Source of the DNA: a virus
Virus record (IMG/VR): IMGVR_UViG_3300020182_000008
Coordinates: 1-40,627 of that record
Strand: one strand, 5' to 3'
DNA length: 40,627 bases
Below, piece by piece: positions 36,051-40,627 of this stretch. The notes beneath the pieces are model-generated. The model ran no database searches. It was not told the DNA's origin and worked only from the letters and a program-made list of their open reading frames with translations. Every line of letters starts with the position of its first letter. Positions within the stretch are counted from its first letter, which is position 1. The position numbers and the translations under genes are program-made.

Positions 36051-36768
36051 AAAACTTACCTCAAAAAATAAGTACACAAAAATGCAAAAAAAATACTATG
36101 AAGAAGCGGCTGCAACAGGTGATGGTGTAACCGTGGATAATGTAGTAGGCTCTTTTAATCAACATAATAATTGGTGGGATTACAATCTTTTGTTTACTAG
36201 GTTAGGTAATACTGATTATTCTAGCTTTAAAGTATTAGATTTTGCTTGTGGCCCCGGCCGTAACTTAGTTAAATACCGAGATAAATTTGGTCAAATTGAT
36301 GGTGTAGACATTAGTAAAAATAACATAAAAAATGCTAAAGCATATCTTAAGAAAGAAGGAATAACTAATTCTGAATTATTTGTATGTAATGGTGTAGATT
36401 TAGATGTTATTAAAGATGAAAGTTATGACCTAATAATTAGCACCGTTGCCCTACAACACATCAGTGTTTGGGATATTAGAATGAATTATTTTAAAGAATT
36501 TCATAGAATTCTAAATCCTGGTGGTGTAATTTGCATTCAAATGGGGTTTGGCTCACCATCTCCTTCCACAGTATTTTATCATGAAAACTATTATGATGCT
36601 CCTGGTACTAATAGAGCATTTGATACTAGTATTGAACATCCAAACCAATTAAAAAAAGATTTACATAATGCTGGTTTTCCTTGGTTTAATTATTTAATTG
36701 GTCCTACAGGACCAGGTGATGTACACCCCTATTGGATTTATTTTAACGCACAAAAATCAAAACAATGA
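36031..36768 (+). CDS. Class I SAM methyltransferase
   Basis: VLDFACGPGR, GVDIS, YDLIIS, LQHI, ILNPGG. Confidence 0.85.
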   Translation: MGTIMNKKLTSKNKYTKMQKKYYEEAAATGDGVTVDNVVGSFNQHNNWWDYNLLFTRLGNTDYSSFKVLDFACGPGRNLVKYRDKFGQIDGVDISKNNIKNAKAYLKKEGITNSELFVCNGVDLDVIKDESYDLIISTVALQHISVWDIRMNYFKEFHRILNPGGVICIQMGFGSPSPSTVFYHENYYDAPGTNRAFDTSIEHPNQLKKDLHNAGFPWFNYLIGPTGPGDVHPYWIYFNAQKSKQ

Positions 36769-37751
36769 TAAAAACAGTTTATATAACAGGTTGCTTTGGT
36801 TTTATAGGAAGTTATGTAACTAGAGCATGTTTAGATAAAGGTTGGCATGTTTATGGTGTTGATAAAATGACATATGCTTACTTTGAAGATGCGTATGATG
36901 AATTCCTAGAACACCCACGTTTTTCATTTGAACGAAGCGATATAAACGATTTAGACTTTTTATATGAGTGTGATTATATAATTAATACTGCCGCTGAAAC
37001 ACACGTTGGGAATTCTATAGTTAAAAGCGAAGATTTTTTACATTCTAATGTAAATGGAGTTCATAATTTACTTGAATTAATTAGAAATTATAGAGCAGAA
37101 GGTAAAGCTAAACCTATACTATTACATTTTTCTACTGATGAGGTTTATGGTGATATAACAGAAGGTGAACACATTGAAACAGACTTACTAAAACCATCTA
37201 ATCCATACTCAGCTACTAAGGCGGCTGCTGACCAATTAATTACAGCTTGGGGTAGAACTTATGATTTACCTTATGTAATTATAAGACCAACTAACAATTA
37301 TGGTATTGGTCAATATGTAGAAAAATTAATACCAAAGGCTACTAAATATCTTTCATTAGGTAAAAGAATACCATTACATAATGATGGAACACCTATTCGA
37401 AATTGGTTACATGCTAATGATACAGCTGAAGCAGTAATTACAATCATTGAAGCAGGTGTTAAAAATGAGATATATAACATTTGTGGTGGTTACGAGCAAA
37501 GTAACTTGGATACAGTAAGTAAAATCATTACATTATATCATCCTAAAGACGATAAATTAGAGGAAGATTTCCCATATTATAGTCAAGGGATAGAACAACA
37601 TTTAGATTTATCTTACTCTAGACAAGGTCAAGACGTAAGATATGCTTTAAATGATGATAAACTAAGAGCATTAGGGTGGGAACCTAAAGCAGTATTTGAT
37701 AAAGAATTACCTGATATAGTAGATTACTATAAGAAAAACTTTATATGGTAG
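36765..37751 (+). CDS. rfbB: dTDP-glucose 4,6-dehydratase
   Basis: TGCFGFIG, AAETHV, STDEVYG, PYSATK, NNYG..Q..EKLIP. Confidence 0.88.
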   Translation: MIKTVYITGCFGFIGSYVTRACLDKGWHVYGVDKMTYAYFEDAYDEFLEHPRFSFERSDINDLDFLYECDYIINTAAETHVGNSIVKSEDFLHSNVNGVHNLLELIRNYRAEGKAKPILLHFSTDEVYGDITEGEHIETDLLKPSNPYSATKAAADQLITAWGRTYDLPYVIIRPTNNYGIGQYVEKLIPKATKYLSLGKRIPLHNDGTPIRNWLHANDTAEAVITIIEAGVKNEIYNICGGYEQSNLDTVSKIITLYHPKDDKLEEDFPYYSQGIEQHLDLSYSRQGQDVRYALNDDKLRALGWEPKAVFDKELPDIVDYYKKNFIW

Positions 37752-38374
37752 ATAAAAAAACTCTAATAGAGTTTGAAGATAGAATAGGAAATCTATTTAA
37801 TCAAGCTAAAATAACTTCCCCTATACATCTTTATAGTGGAAATGAAGATAAAATAATTGAAATATTTAAGGATATTGATGTAGAAAATGACTGGGTATGT
37901 TGTACTTGGAGAAACCATTATCAAGGTTTATTAAAGGGTATACCCTCTAATGTAATGGAAGCTAATATTATGGATGGTAAATCTATGGTAGCCAACCTTC
38001 CAGAATATAAATTTATTTGTAGCTCAATTGTAGGTGGTATCCCATCTATAGCTGCGGGTATTGCATTATCAATTAAACTTCAAAACAAATCGAACCATGT
38101 TTGGTGTTGGGTTGGCGATATGAGTGCTGAAACTGGAATATTTCATGAAGCCTACAAATATAGTTTAAATCATGATTTACCAATTACTTTTATAATAGAA
38201 GACAACCGAAAATCAGTTTGCACACCTACACCAGATATATGGGGTAGAACCCAACCTTACTACCTTGAATCAGAGTACAAAGGTGGTATTTTAAAGCAAA
38301 AGAATTTAATTTACTACCAATATAGTAATGAAAAATATCCTCATGCTGGAGCAGGGGTAAGGGTTCAATTTTAG
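37745..38374 (+). CDS. ThDP-dependent E1 alpha-like subunit
   Basis: HLYSGNE, SIVGG, GDMSAETG...EDN ThDP-binding motif. Confidence 0.85.
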   Translation: MVDKKTLIEFEDRIGNLFNQAKITSPIHLYSGNEDKIIEIFKDIDVENDWVCCTWRNHYQGLLKGIPSNVMEANIMDGKSMVANLPEYKFICSSIVGGIPSIAAGIALSIKLQNKSNHVWCWVGDMSAETGIFHEAYKYSLNHDLPITFIIEDNRKSVCTPTPDIWGRTQPYYLESEYKGGILKQKNLIYYQYSNEKYPHAGAGVRVQF

Positions 38375-38378
38375 TTAT

Positions 38379-38915
38379 ATGAAATACTTAGACGAAATAA
38401 AAAAGGCAATGAGCCTATTAGCAGAACATCCTAAAACTTATTTTATAGGGCAAGCTGTAGAATATGAAGGAACTGGGTTATATGATAGTTTAAAACATAT
38501 TCCCAGTAATAAACGTTTAGAATTACCTGTAGCAGAACACTTACAAAGTGGTCTAGCTAACGGGATGGCAATTGATGGAATGATTCCTGTATCTACATTT
38601 CCTAGATGGAACTTTTTATTAATGGGTACTGATCAAATTGTAAATCATTTAGATAAATTTTCTTCAATGTCTAATGGTAAATTAACTCCTAAAGTTATAA
38701 TTAGAGTAGCTGTTGGTAGTGAATCACCTATTGATCCTCAATGTCAACATAAAGGTAATTTTACAGAAGCATTTAAAAGTTTAACCCAAAATCTTGATAT
38801 CATTCAATTAGATGAGCCTGAGGATATTATACCTGCTTATGAAAAAGCCTTAAATAGAGAAGATGGTAAAAGCACTATATTAGTAGAATTTGCAGATTAT
38901 TGTAGAACAAAATGA
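38379..38915 (+). CDS. ThDP-dependent E1 beta/transketolase pyrimidine-binding subunit (short)
   Basis: ELPVAE...G.ANGMA..G..PV, DQIVN, QH. Confidence 0.85.
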   Translation: MKYLDEIKKAMSLLAEHPKTYFIGQAVEYEGTGLYDSLKHIPSNKRLELPVAEHLQSGLANGMAIDGMIPVSTFPRWNFLLMGTDQIVNHLDKFSSMSNGKLTPKVIIRVAVGSESPIDPQCQHKGNFTEAFKSLTQNLDIIQLDEPEDIIPAYEKALNREDGKSTILVEFADYCRTK

Positions 38916-39733
38916 AAATATTAATCACAGGTGGTAATGGTTTTATAGGAAGAAACCTAATTAAAGCTTTAAAACAAAAACACGAGGTATTTTCTCCGTC
39001 AAGTCAAGAATTAGATTTAACTAATTCATATGATGTGGAAAAATATTTACGTAATAAGTATTTTGATTGGGTTATTCATTGTGCTATAATTGGAGGTAAA
39101 AGAACTAGCAAAGATGGGGCTGATGTAGTTTATAACAATCTAAAGATGTTCTTTAACTTAATGAATAATAAAGACCGATTTGGAAAGCTTATTAATTTTG
39201 CTTCTGGGGCTGAATTTGATAGAATGACTGCTATTAATTCTCAAACTAATCATTTATCAAGTAGTTATCCAACTGATCCTTATGGGATGTCTAAAAATAT
39301 AATTAGTAGAATACTTCAAGATTGTTTACATTGTTATAATTTTAGAGTATATGGTGTATTTGGTATAGATGAAGATGATACTCGATTTATTAAATCGAAT
39401 ATTAAAAGGTATAAAAATAAAGAAGATTTACAAATACATCAAGAAAAAGCATTTGATTTCTTTTATATTGATGATTTAGTATCTGTAGTAAAATATTATT
39501 TAGACCATCCTACTTATCCATTAGATGATGATATGGATTTAGTTTATCAACAAAAACATAAACTAACTGATATAGGAAATATTATTAACCAGCTTGGTAC
39601 ACATAGAGTAATTGTTGAAGCATTTGATGGACGTGAAGCACCTTCGTATATTGGAAGTAATTTAGGGATACCTTTAGATATCAAATTAATAGGTTTAGAA
39701 GAAGGAATAAAACGCGTTTATAATGCATTATAA
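38912..39733 (+). CDS. NAD-dependent epimerase/reductase (SDR)
   Basis: TGGNGFIG, YGMSK, DFFYIDD. Confidence 0.85.
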   Translation: MKILITGGNGFIGRNLIKALKQKHEVFSPSSQELDLTNSYDVEKYLRNKYFDWVIHCAIIGGKRTSKDGADVVYNNLKMFFNLMNNKDRFGKLINFASGAEFDRMTAINSQTNHLSSSYPTDPYGMSKNIISRILQDCLHCYNFRVYGVFGIDEDDTRFIKSNIKRYKNKEDLQIHQEKAFDFFYIDDLVSVVKYYLDHPTYPLDDDMDLVYQQKHKLTDIGNIINQLGTHRVIVEAFDGREAPSYIGSNLGIPLDIKLIGLEEGIKRVYNAL

Positions 39734-40627
39734 AATAACATATCATTGTATGCCGTGGGAGCTAGATTATGCTCTCTTAACTTTTACTCAATTAAAAAAG
39801 TCAAGTTATTATTTAAGTGGAGAGGATACTATTGAAATAAATCCTGTTTTAAATTTATCTTCTTATTTAGTTGATTGGGATAAAAGTAAATTACCTAAAC
39901 AATTACTTATAGATAGATTTATGCAATACCTTAAGTTATTAAAAAATTATAAGGTAAATGCCACAATATATGAAGGTAATGAATTATATGGCCATTTAGA
40001 TCACCAACGTGAAGCTGTATCTAAGGAAGTAGACTTTTATATTAATATTTGTCCTGACATGTATTTTAGTGAGCAGTTACTTGCTTTAATGATACAAAGC
40101 TCTAAACAAATAAAAAATAAATATTTTGTTATCACCCCAGAAATATCTAAATTATGGGATGCTACATGGGATGAAATAACAAACTCAGATTGGTCTCATG
40201 TTGATTATAATAACTGGAATCAAGTAGATACATTTGATATTAGAGCTAAAATGAAAACCAAGGGATCTGGTATTACCTTAGACCCTACTATGAGACCAAA
40301 ATGGGCAGGTTGGTTTGATTTATATAATAAAGCAATGTATGAAGAATTATGCCCTATACAAGACGATTGGAAAGGATATGGTCCACATGATTGGTATTCA
40401 TTAATGGTAACTGAATTTTGTAAAGGTAGAGGTATAAATTTCCAACAATATGTTATGCGGGGTCAAACTATATTTGAATACCCAGTAGGACCATTACGTG
40501 ATGGAGGTTATACTAAAATGTATAAAAGTTTACTCCATATAAATGATGTTCCAAATCAAAGAGAAATATTTGAGGCAAATATGAAAATGTATATTGATAA
40601 AGGACTTAAAACATTACAAGAAAAAGG
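39723..40627 (+). CDS. Putative GT-A glycosyltransferase (3'-truncated by window; not in the ORF track)
   Basis: ATG at 39723 reads MHYKITYHCMPWELD...NICPDMYF...WKGYGPHD and stays open towards the window end. Confidence 0.6.
   Translation, partial: MHYKITYHCMPWELDYALLTFTQLKKSSYYLSGEDTIEINPVLNLSSYLVDWDKSKLPKQLLIDRFMQYLKLLKNYKVNATIYEGNELYGHLDHQREAVSKEVDFYINICPDMYFSEQLLALMIQSSKQIKNKYFVITPEISKLWDATWDEITNSDWSHVDYNNWNQVDTFDIRAKMKTKGSGITLDPTMRPKWAGWFDLYNKAMYEELCPIQDDWKGYGPHDWYSLMVTEFCKGRGINFQQYVMRGQTIFEYPVGPLRDGGYTKMYKSLLHINDVPNQREIFEANMKMYIDKGLKTLQEK

Noticed and set aside
37745-38915. Pyruvate dehydrogenase as a central-metabolism AMG
   Set aside because: The subunits are truncated, there is no E2/E3, and they are embedded among NDP-sugar genes.
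1-40627. Bacterial chromosome origin (groEL, LPS-like cluster, que genes)
   Set aside because: A T4-like PolB, clamp and loader, an S74 tail fibre, single-strand dense packing and phage-type hypotheticals favour a large phage.
1-40627. Alternative genetic code (stop-codon reassignment)
   Set aside because: Standard-code ORFs tile the window almost completely with full-length proteins.

Overview
AT-rich, very densely coded window with every credible gene on the + strand. It is most consistent with part of a large lytic dsDNA phage genome. The host is probably Bacteroidota/Flavobacteriia, based on TTTG-N19/20-TATATTTA promoters, the absence of obvious Shine-Dalgarno sites and an Hc1-like gene. 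Contents in order: 7-deazaguanine genes (queC, queE, folE) interrupted by an S74-chaperone tail fibre; a phosphoribosyltransferase; a split, permuted carbamoyltransferase fused to a MazG-like hydrolase; a family-B DNA polymerase split into two genes 3.1 kb apart; sliding clamp and clamp loader; hsp20/groES/groEL; an HNH endonuclease; a Cas4-like nuclease; and a ~14 kb glycan cluster (GT4/GT2/GT10, gmd, fcl, RfbH-like, RmlB, ThDP E1 alpha/beta). Nine 2OG-Fe(II) oxygenases and several other tailoring enzymes sit mostly singly at core-gene junctions. All product calls come from motif recognition by eye; no database search was run. No tRNA, rRNA or CRISPR array was seen.
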